A stretch of 64,000 nucleotides of DNA from Candidatus Woykebacteria bacterium (GTDB lineage Bacteria > Patescibacteriota > Microgenomatia > Woykebacterales > RBG-16-39-9b). Positions 1 to 9,978 of this stretch are shown here, in pieces (the first letter of the stretch is position 1; every line of letters begins with the position of its first letter). The position numbers and the translations under genes are program-made. The notes under the pieces were generated by a model. That model worked only from the letters and a program-made list of their open reading frames with translations, did no database searches and was not told where the DNA came from. The DNA is taken from NCBI GenBank assembly GCA_040876265.1, contig JBBDPN010000001.1, positions 374,208 to 438,207 on the forward strand, written 5' to 3'.

Positions 1-15
1 AGAAGGAAAGGATAT

Positions 16-762
16 ATGCTTGAACCAACGATCAAAAAAACTACAAATACCTCGGTTGTAATACTGGCAGCGGGGTTTGGTATGAGATTAAAAAACAATA
101 AGCCCAAGGCTTTAGTCGAACTATCAACAAACAAAACTATTTTAGACTATCAGGTCGAAAAAATCTCCAAGTATATTCCAGTTGATAACATATCTGTAGT
201 TGTAGGATATAAAAAGAAGCTGGTCGAAAAGGCCCATCCAGAGCTTAAATTCGTTTACAACGATGCTTACGATAAAACTAATACAGGTAAAAGTCTGCTT
301 GCAGCAGTAAATACACTTAAAGGTGGGCACCTACTTTGGTTAAATGGGGACGTGGTTTTTGATGAAATGATTGTACCAAAAATCTTAGCTACAACAGCCA
401 GTGAAAATTCCTGCGTTCTGGTAGACAACAAACGCTGTGGAGAAGAAGAAGTAAAATACGATTTAGACCGACATGGAAAAATTATACAGCTATCGAAGAC
501 TGTTAAAAATCCCAAGGGCGAGTCGCTAGGGATAAATTTACTTTTACACAAGGACATCCCACTATTCAAAAGGCATTTAGCTCTTATCGGCGACACGGAT
601 TATTTCGAAAAGGCTTTGGAAAATATGATCAGTGAGGGCGCTAGACTTGATCCGGTTTACACCAATGGCCTGTTTTGTGCCGAAATAGATTTTCCTCAAG
701 ATTTGGAGGAAGTACAAAATTACCTCCGGACCCCAAAACGCGAGCCTGCATTAGTAAAATAA
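16..762 (+). CDS. Nucleotidyltransferase (LicC/phosphocholine cytidylyltransferase-like NTP transferase)
   Basis: ILAAGFGMRL...PKAL signature, LNGDVVF, EEVKY, C-terminal EIDFPQDL. Confidence 0.8.
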   Translation: MLEPTIKKTTNTSVVILAAGFGMRLKNNKPKALVELSTNKTILDYQVEKISKYIPVDNISVVVGYKKKLVEKAHPELKFVYNDAYDKTNTGKSLLAAVNTLKGGHLLWLNGDVVFDEMIVPKILATTASENSCVLVDNKRCGEEEVKYDLDRHGKIIQLSKTVKNPKGESLGINLLLHKDIPLFKRHLALIGDTDYFEKALENMISEGARLDPVYTNGLFCAEIDFPQDLEEVQNYLRTPKREPALVK

Positions 763-767
763 CCAAT

Positions 768-1883
768 ATGAAAAAATCTTTCGAGAAAATTCTTGCAATA
801 TTAGATTTCCTAATACCAAAGGACAAGGACCTTGTGGTCTTTGGCGGAAACGAAATGCGTGGTATCAATGGTAATGTAGCAGAGATAATAAAGTCTTGGC
901 CAAAGAAAACCAAAGGCAAGGGCCTTAGAGCGTACGTCTTGAGTGTGTCGGGAGAAGAATTTCCTGGTGTAGAAACTATCGACCCCAGAAATCTGAAAGG
1001 AATTTTCACAATCCTACGAGCTGGGACTGCTGTAGTTTCCCACGTCTATGGAGATCTTTATTGGCATAGTCTTTATAACGGTAACCGTAGAAGAATAATA
1101 AATTTATGGCACGGAACACCCTTAAAGCGTATCGGCCCCTGGAGAGGCTGGGGGAAAACTACTGCTATGATTGCTGCTTCAAAGATTGAGCGTCTCACGT
1201 TAGCAGGATGTTTGGAACAAGTACGCTTGGAACAAATATTTGTAACGGGTTTCCCAAGATCGGACAAACTATTTAATGATTTGCAATCTCTTCGTCAAGA
1301 AACATTAAGAAAATTAGGATTACGGGATGATGGACAAAAATGGCTTCTCTACGCGCCCACATACAGAAAAAGTAGTCGTTTGCCACACTATATACACAGG
1401 ATGCCTGGATTTTCTTACAAATCTCTTTACCGCTTTCTCGAACAACAAAACGCTAAATTACTAGTTCGGCCTCATGTAAATTATGTTTTTACGGATTTTC
1501 CTGAGAACGACAGAATAATATTTGTGCCTTTTACAAAAATAGCAGAGATCGAACCCCTTTTTGCTCTAGCTGATTTATTGATCACCGACTATTCTTCTTC
1601 CATTTTTGAGTATCTAAATTTGAACCGCCCGATAGTAGCTTTTGTCCCGGATTTAGAAGAATATGAAAAAATACCAGGGCTATTGTTTGACTACGAAACG
1701 ATCTTCCCCGGCCTTATTACCAAAACCTGGAAGGACCTCCAAAAATCAATCGTTGAGTCTCTATATTCACCTTCAAAATACACATCCTTGAGGGAGGATC
1801 GGAAAAAGATGTTTAATGAATTTACAGACGGGAAATCTACAGAGAGGTGCATTGAAATAATTTGCGATATGTCGCTAAAGTGA
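768..1883 (+). CDS. CDP-glycerol glycerophosphotransferase family (TagB/TagF-like)
   Basis: NLWHGTPLKRIG, GFPRSD, LYAPTYR, RPH, LITDYSS motifs; ATG at 768 preferred over the 675 start. Confidence 0.85.
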   Translation: MKKSFEKILAILDFLIPKDKDLVVFGGNEMRGINGNVAEIIKSWPKKTKGKGLRAYVLSVSGEEFPGVETIDPRNLKGIFTILRAGTAVVSHVYGDLYWHSLYNGNRRRIINLWHGTPLKRIGPWRGWGKTTAMIAASKIERLTLAGCLEQVRLEQIFVTGFPRSDKLFNDLQSLRQETLRKLGLRDDGQKWLLYAPTYRKSSRLPHYIHRMPGFSYKSLYRFLEQQNAKLLVRPHVNYVFTDFPENDRIIFVPFTKIAEIEPLFALADLLITDYSSSIFEYLNLNRPIVAFVPDLEEYEKIPGLLFDYETIFPGLITKTWKDLQKSIVESLYSPSKYTSLREDRKKMFNEFTDGKSTERCIEIICDMSLK

Positions 1884-3005
1884 CTTATAAATGCCCAAAG
1901 TAGCCTCGGCCATTTGGCGCCAAGAGTATTTTTTTGACTGGTCAAATCCTTTGCGGACAAAATCACTACTGAGTTTTGAGTTATTAGTTAGGAGTGAAAT
2001 GTTTTTGGCAATATCTTCAGACTTTTTTGGGTTAAAATAAACTGCGGCATCGCCATAAACCTCTTTGAATACAGCTATATCTGAGGCCAGTACTGGACAA
2101 CCCGCCGCCATAGCTTCAAGCCCTGGCAAGCCGAAACCTTCAGATAGTGACGGAAAAACGAAAGCCTGAGCGTTTTTGTAAAGTACTGGTAGCTCTTCGT
2201 TTGGTACAAAGCCGGTGGTAATTATTCTATCCTCTATCCCAACTGCCTTCGCTATCTTTAATACTCGCTCCAGAAAAATATTTCGCTCGCCAACCAAAAC
2301 CAACCGATACTTTTTTTCCAGATAACCCATCGCCTGCACAAGAGTGTCCAAATTTTTATGAGGATGGGTACTGCCAACATAAAGAATAAATGGGGTTTTT
2401 ATACCGTATTTGGCTAGTATATGCTTTACTTTGCCGGCAGGGATTTTTCCGCTTGTTTCTTTGAGAGGGTATTCATCTACACCCTCATAAATTACAGTCG
2501 TTTTGCCTTTGGCAGTTGAGAAATTTTCGAGCAGTTTCTTTTTTACAAAGAGGCTCGGAACAATTACTTTCTTAGCCTTTCTTATCGTTTGGCCTAAGGT
2601 TATACGATAACCGGCTCTTTTTAGAAAATAAATTGGCAGCAGCCTAGTCGTACTTTTCTGTCCGGTAAATTCTTTGGGGGTGAGGTCGTGGATAGTAACA
2701 ACGAACTTACCGGAGTAAAGTAGCGGTACGTTAAAATGGGTAAAGTGCACTAGATCTGGCTTTATTTTCATTAAAACGGCTGGGATAATAGTCTGTTCTT
2801 TCAGACTGTAAAATGGAGCATCGACCATTACTTTTTCAAAGTTACGAGTCTTTACGTCAAATAAATACCAGTTATTTTTTCTTAAGAGTATGTAGTATTT
2901 GTTATCTCGATCAATTTTTTGCAAATTTTCAATCAAATTTTCGGTGTATTTGCCTATTCCTGTCCCTCCCGGACCGTAAAGCCTACTATCGATTACAATT
3001 TTCAT
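1875..3005 (-). CDS. Glycosyltransferase family 4 (MtfB/WbaZ-like)
   Basis: GIGKY, VVTIHDL, FPSLSEGFGLPGLEAMAAG. Confidence 0.9.
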   Translation of the reverse strand: MKIVIDSRLYGPGGTGIGKYTENLIENLQKIDRDNKYYILLRKNNWYLFDVKTRNFEKVMVDAPFYSLKEQTIIPAVLMKIKPDLVHFTHFNVPLLYSGKFVVTIHDLTPKEFTGQKSTTRLLPIYFLKRAGYRITLGQTIRKAKKVIVPSLFVKKKLLENFSTAKGKTTVIYEGVDEYPLKETSGKIPAGKVKHILAKYGIKTPFILYVGSTHPHKNLDTLVQAMGYLEKKYRLVLVGERNIFLERVLKIAKAVGIEDRIITTGFVPNEELPVLYKNAQAFVFPSLSEGFGLPGLEAMAAGCPVLASDIAVFKEVYGDAAVYFNPKKSEDIAKNISLLTNNSKLSSDFVRKGFDQSKKYSWRQMAEATLGIYKSL

Positions 3006-3045
3006 GAGTCGCCCCTGTGACGGATGAAAACAAGTCTACTTATTT

Positions 3046-4272
3046 TCATTTTTCCCTTTTAATGATATTGATTATCTTCTCCAACTCCTGTGCCTGTTTT
3101 TTTCTGTTAAACGTTTTTTCTACTAGTCTTCGCCCTCTTTTCCCCATACCATCTCTCTCCTCCTGTGATAATTTCGACATCTTGATTAGTGCGCTGGCCA
3201 AGGCTTTTGGATCTTCCGGAGGCACCCAAATCCCTAAGTTGTTTTCTTCAATCAATTTTTTCATGGCCAAACCCCCACTGACCAGGACTGGTTTACTGGC
3301 GGCCATGTAATCAAATGCTTTCACAGGATAGGCGGCATCCAAATACTCGTTTTTTTTAAGAATCGTTAGCCCCAAGTTTGAAGCTTTGATATATTCAACA
3401 ACGTTCTTGTAAGGTTGGATTGGTTTGAGCAATACGTTCTTTGAATTACCCTCTTCCTTTACTTCTTCAAGTAGGTGCCTATCTGCACCATCGCCAATTA
3501 TCAAAAATTTTATTGAGTCTTCTTTTTGCAGAAGTTTAATTGCTTCAACCAAAGTCCGTACACCTTGTTGCAATCCTAGAGTACCTGCATAAACAGTAAC
3601 AAATTTATTAACTAAGTTTCTTTCCCGCGTTCTTACTTTAACCTGGTCAAAAATTTGCAAATCCACACCATTGGTTATAATTTTTACTTTGTTTGGGTTC
3701 AACTTTTTGTCGTAGCGAAGTATTAAATTTTTTGTGTCTTCTGTCACGGTGATAATATATTTCGACCGATCATAAATTCTTTTCTCGAAAAATATGTTTA
3801 AGTTTAGTAGTAATCTGTTCCGCAAATAGCCTAAAGCCTTAGCAGCACCCGGCCACACATCACGCACTTCAAAAACCAAGGGAGTACCTTTTAAAAGACT
3901 CAGCATCAATCCGGTTAACCCTGATGACGGAGGTGGAGAAGATGCTATTATCACATCCGCTCTGGGAAGAAAAAAACCTACGGCCAAACTTGAAATGGTA
4001 AAAACAAGATAATTAAAAAAGCGGCGCCAGCTACTAGAATAACTGGTAGGAAAAACCAGGGTTCTGTAAATTACTAAACCATCCTGGACTTCTTTCATCC
4101 AAAGTCGGTTTTTGTAACCTTTGTGTATTTTTCCGTCCGAATAATTTGGAATGCCACACAAAATCATCACTTCGTGGCCTAGCTCCTTTAGCAATTTCGC
4201 GTAATAGGAGACTCTTCCTGTTCCGGCACCGGGTTCGGGTGGGAAGTACTGACTTATCAATAAAATATTCAT
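3046..4272 (-). CDS. Glycosyltransferase family 4 (WbuB-like)
   Basis: SQYFPPEPGA, SSPP, EVRDVWP, YAGTLG..QG, PVKAFDYMAA. Confidence 0.9.
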   Translation of the reverse strand: MNILLISQYFPPEPGAGTGRVSYYAKLLKELGHEVMILCGIPNYSDGKIHKGYKNRLWMKEVQDGLVIYRTLVFPTSYSSSWRRFFNYLVFTISSLAVGFFLPRADVIIASSPPPSSGLTGLMLSLLKGTPLVFEVRDVWPGAAKALGYLRNRLLLNLNIFFEKRIYDRSKYIITVTEDTKNLILRYDKKLNPNKVKIITNGVDLQIFDQVKVRTRERNLVNKFVTVYAGTLGLQQGVRTLVEAIKLLQKEDSIKFLIIGDGADRHLLEEVKEEGNSKNVLLKPIQPYKNVVEYIKASNLGLTILKKNEYLDAAYPVKAFDYMAASKPVLVSGGLAMKKLIEENNLGIWVPPEDPKALASALIKMSKLSQEERDGMGKRGRRLVEKTFNRKKQAQELEKIINIIKREK

Positions 4273-5324
4273 CGATATTTAACTAATTTTTTGTAAACCT
4301 GGTTCATTTTATCAGCGTTAGACTCCCATTCAAACTCCTCCTCAACAAATCTCGGACCTTCCACAGCCAGTTTTTTTCTAAGAGCGCTGTCTTCGTATAA
4401 AAGTTGTAGTTTTTGGGCCAGATCAGCAACGCTGTTTGGTTTGAAAAAAACTCCCGTCCTGCTTTCCTTTACAGTTTCAACTAGACCTCCTATTCTGGAT
4501 GCAATTACTGGTATGCCACTTGCCGATGCTTCCAATGCCGCCACGCCAAATGATTCTGATGATGATGGGATGACAAAAATATCTATGGTTCTTAAAAATT
4601 TGGCTACGTCCTCTTGACCAAGAGGCCCAAGAAATTTAACCTTCTCTTCCAGATTTAATCCGACAACCAAGTTTCTTAGATGTTTGAGTTGGCTCCCCTT
4701 GCCAACAATATATAGTCGAGCAGCGGGATTTATAGACTGGAAGGTTGAGAAAGCTTTAACTAGGAACTCCAATCCATATTTAGACTCTAAGGCTCTAACA
4801 GTTCCGATTATTAATCCCTGATTCTCTTTTTTTATTGGGTGGAATAATTTTGTATCAATCCCAAAAGGAACAACTAGGACAGACTTTCCAGTTACGTGTT
4901 TCCTTGTTTCGCGAGCCATAACCTCACTCGTAGAAGTTATTACCTCGGCGTTATTCAAAGCATATTTTAAAATGAGCTTATTTAACGGGTTTGCCCTAGG
5001 AAAATCAAAGACATCAGATCCCCAAACAGAAATTACATAAGGGTGAAACCTGGACAAAGCGCCTAAAAAACCGTAGCTCGATGCGTAATGCGCATGTAAC
5101 AAATCGGGATTAATTTCCTTTATTAACTTCTTGACTTTGTTCAAAACTAAAAAATATCCAGTCTTAAAAGGTAACTTGGGCGGTGCAAGGTCGATTACTT
5201 CGATATTTTCAATCGCAACGGGTTCTAAACTAAGAAGGTAAACCTTATTGCCTCTTTTTTGTAAAAATTGGGCCCATTTTATTGTATGGGTACTTGGACC
5301 CTTCGCCAGCAAAGCAATCTTCAT
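4269..5324 (-). CDS. Glycosyltransferase family 4
   Basis: HAHYASSYG, WGSDV, PSSSESFGVAALEA. Confidence 0.9.
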   Translation of the reverse strand: MKIALLAKGPSTHTIKWAQFLQKRGNKVYLLSLEPVAIENIEVIDLAPPKLPFKTGYFLVLNKVKKLIKEINPDLLHAHYASSYGFLGALSRFHPYVISVWGSDVFDFPRANPLNKLILKYALNNAEVITSTSEVMARETRKHVTGKSVLVVPFGIDTKLFHPIKKENQGLIIGTVRALESKYGLEFLVKAFSTFQSINPAARLYIVGKGSQLKHLRNLVVGLNLEEKVKFLGPLGQEDVAKFLRTIDIFVIPSSSESFGVAALEASASGIPVIASRIGGLVETVKESRTGVFFKPNSVADLAQKLQLLYEDSALRKKLAVEGPRFVEEEFEWESNADKMNQVYKKLVKYR

Positions 5325-6706
5325 CGACCACCCTTTCCCAAGTCCTTGGTTGCAAGCAAATAGAAACCAATACTTAAAAACACTAGGAAATAAAAACTTC
5401 TGAAACTAGTCCCTAAAAGGAAACTAGTTTCAAAGAACTGATAAGCTAATACCGAAGCTAATATTGAAAGGATTAACCACTCCTGGGCAGTTAGATTTTT
5501 AAATTTTTTAATAGCTAGAATAAATAAATTAGCTACGATAGTAACGTAAATACCCAACCCAACAACGCCAGATTCCACCAAAATTCTTAGGTAAGTGTTG
5601 TGGGGTGTCAATCCCCGGTAACGGGCGTACAGATCTGGTATGTATGATCTGATAGCCTCAACAGAGCTCCCGAAACCAGCTCCGAAAATGGGATTTTGCT
5701 TTATGTAATCGACCGAGGCCGTCCATATTACTATTCGGTTACTAGTCCCACGCTTGCTTATTTTCTTTGGTTCAAATATCTCTTCTTCACCGAGGTCTTT
5801 TAGATCCAACTTATCCCCTTGGCTTGTCGTTATCCTCTGTGAAAACGGGGCTGGGGTTCCCGACGAAACTCTCAAACCCCAATCATTGAAAATGAATAAT
5901 AGGAAGCTGGCAACAAAAATTACCGCTACAACAAGTATAAAGTAAATCTTTCTCTTCAGAGCTGGCCCACTGACCAGAAGTGTAAACGCACCAACAGCTA
6001 AAAGAGCGGATCTGGAGAGGGTAAAGAAAACAAACGGGGTGTAAAGGATAAGCAAAAAGTAAAGAAATATTCTGAAATTTTTCCTTTTTTCCAGAAACAG
6101 CAGCGTTATAGTGGTAGCAATTGAGAAGAAAAGGATAATTCCAAAGGTATTTGGGTGTTTATAATAGGAAGATAAAAACGGAACATTAAAAATAGTTAAA
6201 GTCTCGGTCAGGTTTATGTTTACTAAAGCTATAGTTGAAACTAGCTGGGTATTAATGACCTGGATAATTAACCTTACTGAAGAGTAAATAACCGCAGGTA
6301 AACTAACCAGGGATATAACGTAAAGACTTTTTTTGAACAGCTGCGGGCTGTATAGTTCCTTGACCATGATGAAACCCACCAGAAACACCACAAATCCACC
6401 CAAAACATAAAGTAGCGTTGTCGTTTTATCCACCGCAAAAAATACTGTCACCAATCCCCAAAGAAGGTAAAGAGTTATATAAATATTCGGAAATTTGGAA
6501 AACTTTTTAAATAAAAACTTAATTGATTTACCTTTTTGCTCTCGAATATACAAAAAAGCAATTACAAGAAGGAAGGAAACTAAAATAACATTTCTTGTGC
6601 TGCTGCCTAGAGAAAAAAATTTATTATCCACCAAACCTATTACAAATAGAAAAGCTAACAAAAGATTTCGTGGGTTTGTAATAATCTCTAGATTCTTCTT
6701 AAGCAT
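5321..6706 (-). CDS. O-antigen ligase / Wzy-like polytopic membrane protein
   Basis: Many TM segments, TLSRSA, RIVIW, PIFGAGFG, PHNTYLRILVESGVVG. Confidence 0.85.
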   Translation of the reverse strand: MLKKNLEIITNPRNLLLAFLFVIGLVDNKFFSLGSSTRNVILVSFLLVIAFLYIREQKGKSIKFLFKKFSKFPNIYITLYLLWGLVTVFFAVDKTTTLLYVLGGFVVFLVGFIMVKELYSPQLFKKSLYVISLVSLPAVIYSSVRLIIQVINTQLVSTIALVNINLTETLTIFNVPFLSSYYKHPNTFGIILFFSIATTITLLFLEKRKNFRIFLYFLLILYTPFVFFTLSRSALLAVGAFTLLVSGPALKRKIYFILVVAVIFVASFLLFIFNDWGLRVSSGTPAPFSQRITTSQGDKLDLKDLGEEEIFEPKKISKRGTSNRIVIWTASVDYIKQNPIFGAGFGSSVEAIRSYIPDLYARYRGLTPHNTYLRILVESGVVGLGIYVTIVANLFILAIKKFKNLTAQEWLILSILASVLAYQFFETSFLLGTSFRSFYFLVFLSIGFYLLATKDLGKGGR

Positions 6707-7736
6707 AATTGGTCAACAAATCATGTAAAAACTTTGCTCTTTTTACCCAAGAATATTTTTCTCGTATTGCTTTCAAAGAATTTCGTTGGTACATCTCCCG
6801 CTCTTTTTGGTGGGTCAAAAGAAAAATTATTGCGTCTGCAAGAGACTGAGGCGAGTCCTCACAAACTATTCCCACTTTATCTTTTTCAACAATTTGGACA
6901 ACCTCTGGTAGATCCGTGGAAACAACCGCCTTTCCCAAAGACATGTAAGTAAACAGCTTTAAAGGTAGCGTGATGCGATTGTAATCTGTAGTTGCCAGTG
7001 GTAAAACACCAATACTTACATCTGCGAAAATACTTTTAAGTTTTCTGTGGTTACCTTGAATTAGTTCTACCACCTTATTTTTTTTTACCGACACCATTTC
7101 GCTTTTTCTAACCACAATCTTGCACCTAACATCTGGAACCGCCTCACGTGCTTTTTCTACTGCTTCCACAAGTAGGTTTGCCCCATACCTATCGCTGGCA
7201 CCACCAACATACCCTAATATATTACTACTCTTAGGTTTTACATCATTAAAAATTTCGCCCGCTGATGGTAGTATAGCGATTTTTTCTGAAGGTAAGCCAA
7301 AAATACCTGCAAAAGACTTGTTAGGAAGTACTAACTTTGTTGATGATAATTTGTAAACGAAAAACGATATCCCCCATCCAAAATTAAGAACTCTTTGTTT
7401 TAAAGTCGTAGCTGGAAATTCTTCTGGGAAAAGAGGATAAGCATCCCTTATAAATACAAAAACTTTTTTACCAAAAAACTTTGCTTTTAACAAAAAAATA
7501 AGCTCCAGCGGGCTGCCAACTGTAGTACTACTTTCAACGTAAATATATTTATTTTGAAAAAACTTACCTCGTAAAACCCAAGAAAGCAGTTTCCAGCTAC
7601 GCTCTAACCTAGTTCCCTCTATTAGATCAGCCTCTTCTAGTTTGTCCAGTTCTTTATGTAAAAAATACGAGCGTACCTTGGGTGCGCTATCCAAGGTGTC
7701 TAGTGGGTACATAGAAAGGAACAAAATCCGGCTCAT
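6699..7736 (-). CDS. Glycosyltransferase family 4
   Basis: GYVGG, PLKLFTYMSLGKAVVST. Confidence 0.85.
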   Translation of the reverse strand: MSRILFLSMYPLDTLDSAPKVRSYFLHKELDKLEEADLIEGTRLERSWKLLSWVLRGKFFQNKYIYVESSTTVGSPLELIFLLKAKFFGKKVFVFIRDAYPLFPEEFPATTLKQRVLNFGWGISFFVYKLSSTKLVLPNKSFAGIFGLPSEKIAILPSAGEIFNDVKPKSSNILGYVGGASDRYGANLLVEAVEKAREAVPDVRCKIVVRKSEMVSVKKNKVVELIQGNHRKLKSIFADVSIGVLPLATTDYNRITLPLKLFTYMSLGKAVVSTDLPEVVQIVEKDKVGIVCEDSPQSLADAIIFLLTHQKEREMYQRNSLKAIREKYSWVKRAKFLHDLLTNYA

Positions 7737-8818
7737 TTTACTTGCTTTTCCAATATCTGAGCAATTTTTGATGCAGAATTTCCACTGCCAAATATATTGT
7801 GTTGTTTTTTTGTTGGAGAGAAATTTTTGATTGCATGAAGAATTTTTTCTTTATCTGGACCAACCAGCGTATTCCACCCATCCCTCACTGTTTCCACCCA
7901 TTCTGTTTCGTTTCTTAGGGTAATACATGAAACTTTTAACATGTAAGCTTCTTTTTGGACACCACCAGAATCTGTCAAAATCTTCTTCGCGTTTAATTGT
8001 AGCTGAATGCTATCCAAGTAACCAATAGGTTCGATAAGCTTTACATTTGATGGAATATCTATCTTAAATTGTTTTATCATTTTTCTAGTTCTTGGGTGAG
8101 CTGGAAGAACAATAGTTTCTTTGCTTTCCCCAAAAGCCTCAAATATACCCTCCAGCCTTTCTTTTTCGTCAGTGTTTTCTGCTCTGTGTATGGTGGAAAA
8201 GAGATAAGTTTTGGGTTTTAAGTTCGCCCCGATTGAATCGGGGTTCATAGTTTTTAGTATTTTCGATTTGCGAGCCGCAACTTCGCGATTTGCAAGCAGA
8301 GCGTCGTACATTACGTCACCTACATTGTAAACACCGGTTGTTACTCCTTCCTTTTTGAGGTTTTTCACAGCGGTTTCTGAGGGGCAAAAAAGTAAATCCG
8401 ACAAATGATCAGCGATTACCCTGTTGATTTCTTCCGGCATCGCTCTGTTGAAACTGCGAAGTCCCGCTTCCACATGGGCCACGGAGATATGGAGTTTGGC
8501 GCCAGCCAAGGCTCCGGCAGCAGTGGAGTTCGTATCACCGTAAACCAAAACCAGATCCGGTGCCTCTTCGATTAAAACCTTTTCAATCTCTATCAGCATC
8601 TTCCCGGTCTGCTCACCGTGACCACCGGAACCAACACCAAGATTATAATCCGGCTCAGGAATAGAAAGCTCCTCAAAAAAAATAGGCGACATGTTCTGAT
8701 CATAATGCTGACCAGTATGAACCAACACTTCCTTAAACTTTTTCCTAACTTCCTTGGATACCGGTGCAGCTTTTATAAACTGGGGTCTCGCCCCAACTAT
8801 TGACACAATTTTTTTCAT
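7733..8818 (-). CDS. wecB: UDP-N-acetylglucosamine 2-epimerase, non-hydrolysing (WecB/WbpI-like)
   Basis: VGARPQFIK, HTGQHYD, VYGDTNST, HVEAGLRS, HRAENTD, TDSGGVQKEAY. Confidence 0.95.
   Translation of the reverse strand: MKKIVSIVGARPQFIKAAPVSKEVRKKFKEVLVHTGQHYDQNMSPIFFEELSIPEPDYNLGVGSGGHGEQTGKMLIEIEKVLIEEAPDLVLVYGDTNSTAAGALAGAKLHISVAHVEAGLRSFNRAMPEEINRVIADHLSDLLFCPSETAVKNLKKEGVTTGVYNVGDVMYDALLANREVAARKSKILKTMNPDSIGANLKPKTYLFSTIHRAENTDEKERLEGIFEAFGESKETIVLPAHPRTRKMIKQFKIDIPSNVKLIEPIGYLDSIQLQLNAKKILTDSGGVQKEAYMLKVSCITLRNETEWVETVRDGWNTLVGPDKEKILHAIKNFSPTKKQHNIFGSGNSASKIAQILEKQVK
8227..8243. repeat. GC-rich palindrome CCCCGATT-G-AATCGGGG inside wecB
   Basis: Perfect 8-bp inverted arms; encodes part of NPDSIGA. 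Confidence 0.7.
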
Positions 8819-9978
8819 AAGGCTAATTTTTTATAAGCGGCTAAAAGTTTCTTTTCCTCATTCTCCCAATTATACTTGGTTTTGAAAATTCCTCTTGCAT
8901 TTTCTTTCATCTCCCAAAGTTTCTTCTCATCCGAAATAATTTCGTTTATTTTCGCAGCAATATCTTTCGGGTTGGTTTCATCAAACACTAAACCGATTTT
9001 GTTATCTACGACTATTTTTCGCAGCTGCGGGAAATCACTGGCTACTACAGCTATTCCAGAAGCTATGTAATCAAAAAGCTTATTTGGTGTACTGTAGTAA
9101 TTGTTTAGACAAATATTTTGGTAGGGAATTACGCCTAAATCGGCGTCTGATATGAATTCAAGAACCTTTTTAGGATCAACTAGGGGTAGAAATCTCACTT
9201 TGTCTTTTAAATTCCCAGTTTTTACCCTCTCCTCCAACTCCTTTTTTACTTGCCCTTCTCCCATAAGGACTAATACGAGATCTCCTTTTACGTATTTTAC
9301 AGACTCAACCAACTTATCTAGACCCCTAATGGAAGTCATGTAACCTTGGTACAAAATTATTTTTGTTTCCTGCCTTAGTTGCAACAAATCACGAAGTTTC
9401 CCCTCCCCACGAGAATCAACAACTGACTTTGGTTGACAATTCATAACCACTGTGACTTTATTCAGTTTATAACGATTCTTGAGTTCGGTAGCTATCGAAT
9501 CGTTAACAGTGATCACCCAATCGACTTTTGGAGCAATAGCAGATTCTATAAATCTCAACATAGCTTTGTATAGAGAGGATTTTAAATGTGAGTAGATCGG
9601 CAATCCTTTTTTGAAATATCTTTCTGTGTAAAGCTCATGCGAATCGTACACAAGTTTTGCGTTAGTTTGTTTTGCAGCATAATAAGCGATTTGCAAGGTA
9701 TCCAGATCGTGGGCATGATAAATATCTGCTTTCTCTTCGACAAGCGTCTTAATTACTGGCCGAATTTGGGTGAAAAATTTCCAAAATCGCAAACGCACAT
9801 CATATCTATCCACCGATCGTTTCACTGTTACACCCTTTGTAACTTCAGAGCTGGGTAAGCCACTTTTCTTTGTAGCGTATATGGTGATTTTGAAACCTTT
9901 ATCTACCAAGGTTTGTGCTTCGCGCAGTACCCTCGAATCGTTCGTGAATGGGTTGTTCAACACCATACATACTTTCAT
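8815..9978 (-). CDS. Glycosyltransferase family 4
   Basis: DSRVLREA, HAHDL, VYDSHEL, PNKLFDY. Confidence 0.9.
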   Translation of the reverse strand: MKVCMVLNNPFTNDSRVLREAQTLVDKGFKITIYATKKSGLPSSEVTKGVTVKRSVDRYDVRLRFWKFFTQIRPVIKTLVEEKADIYHAHDLDTLQIAYYAAKQTNAKLVYDSHELYTERYFKKGLPIYSHLKSSLYKAMLRFIESAIAPKVDWVITVNDSIATELKNRYKLNKVTVVMNCQPKSVVDSRGEGKLRDLLQLRQETKIILYQGYMTSIRGLDKLVESVKYVKGDLVLVLMGEGQVKKELEERVKTGNLKDKVRFLPLVDPKKVLEFISDADLGVIPYQNICLNNYYSTPNKLFDYIASGIAVVASDFPQLRKIVVDNKIGLVFDETNPKDIAAKINEIISDEKKLWEMKENARGIFKTKYNWENEEKKLLAAYKKLAL

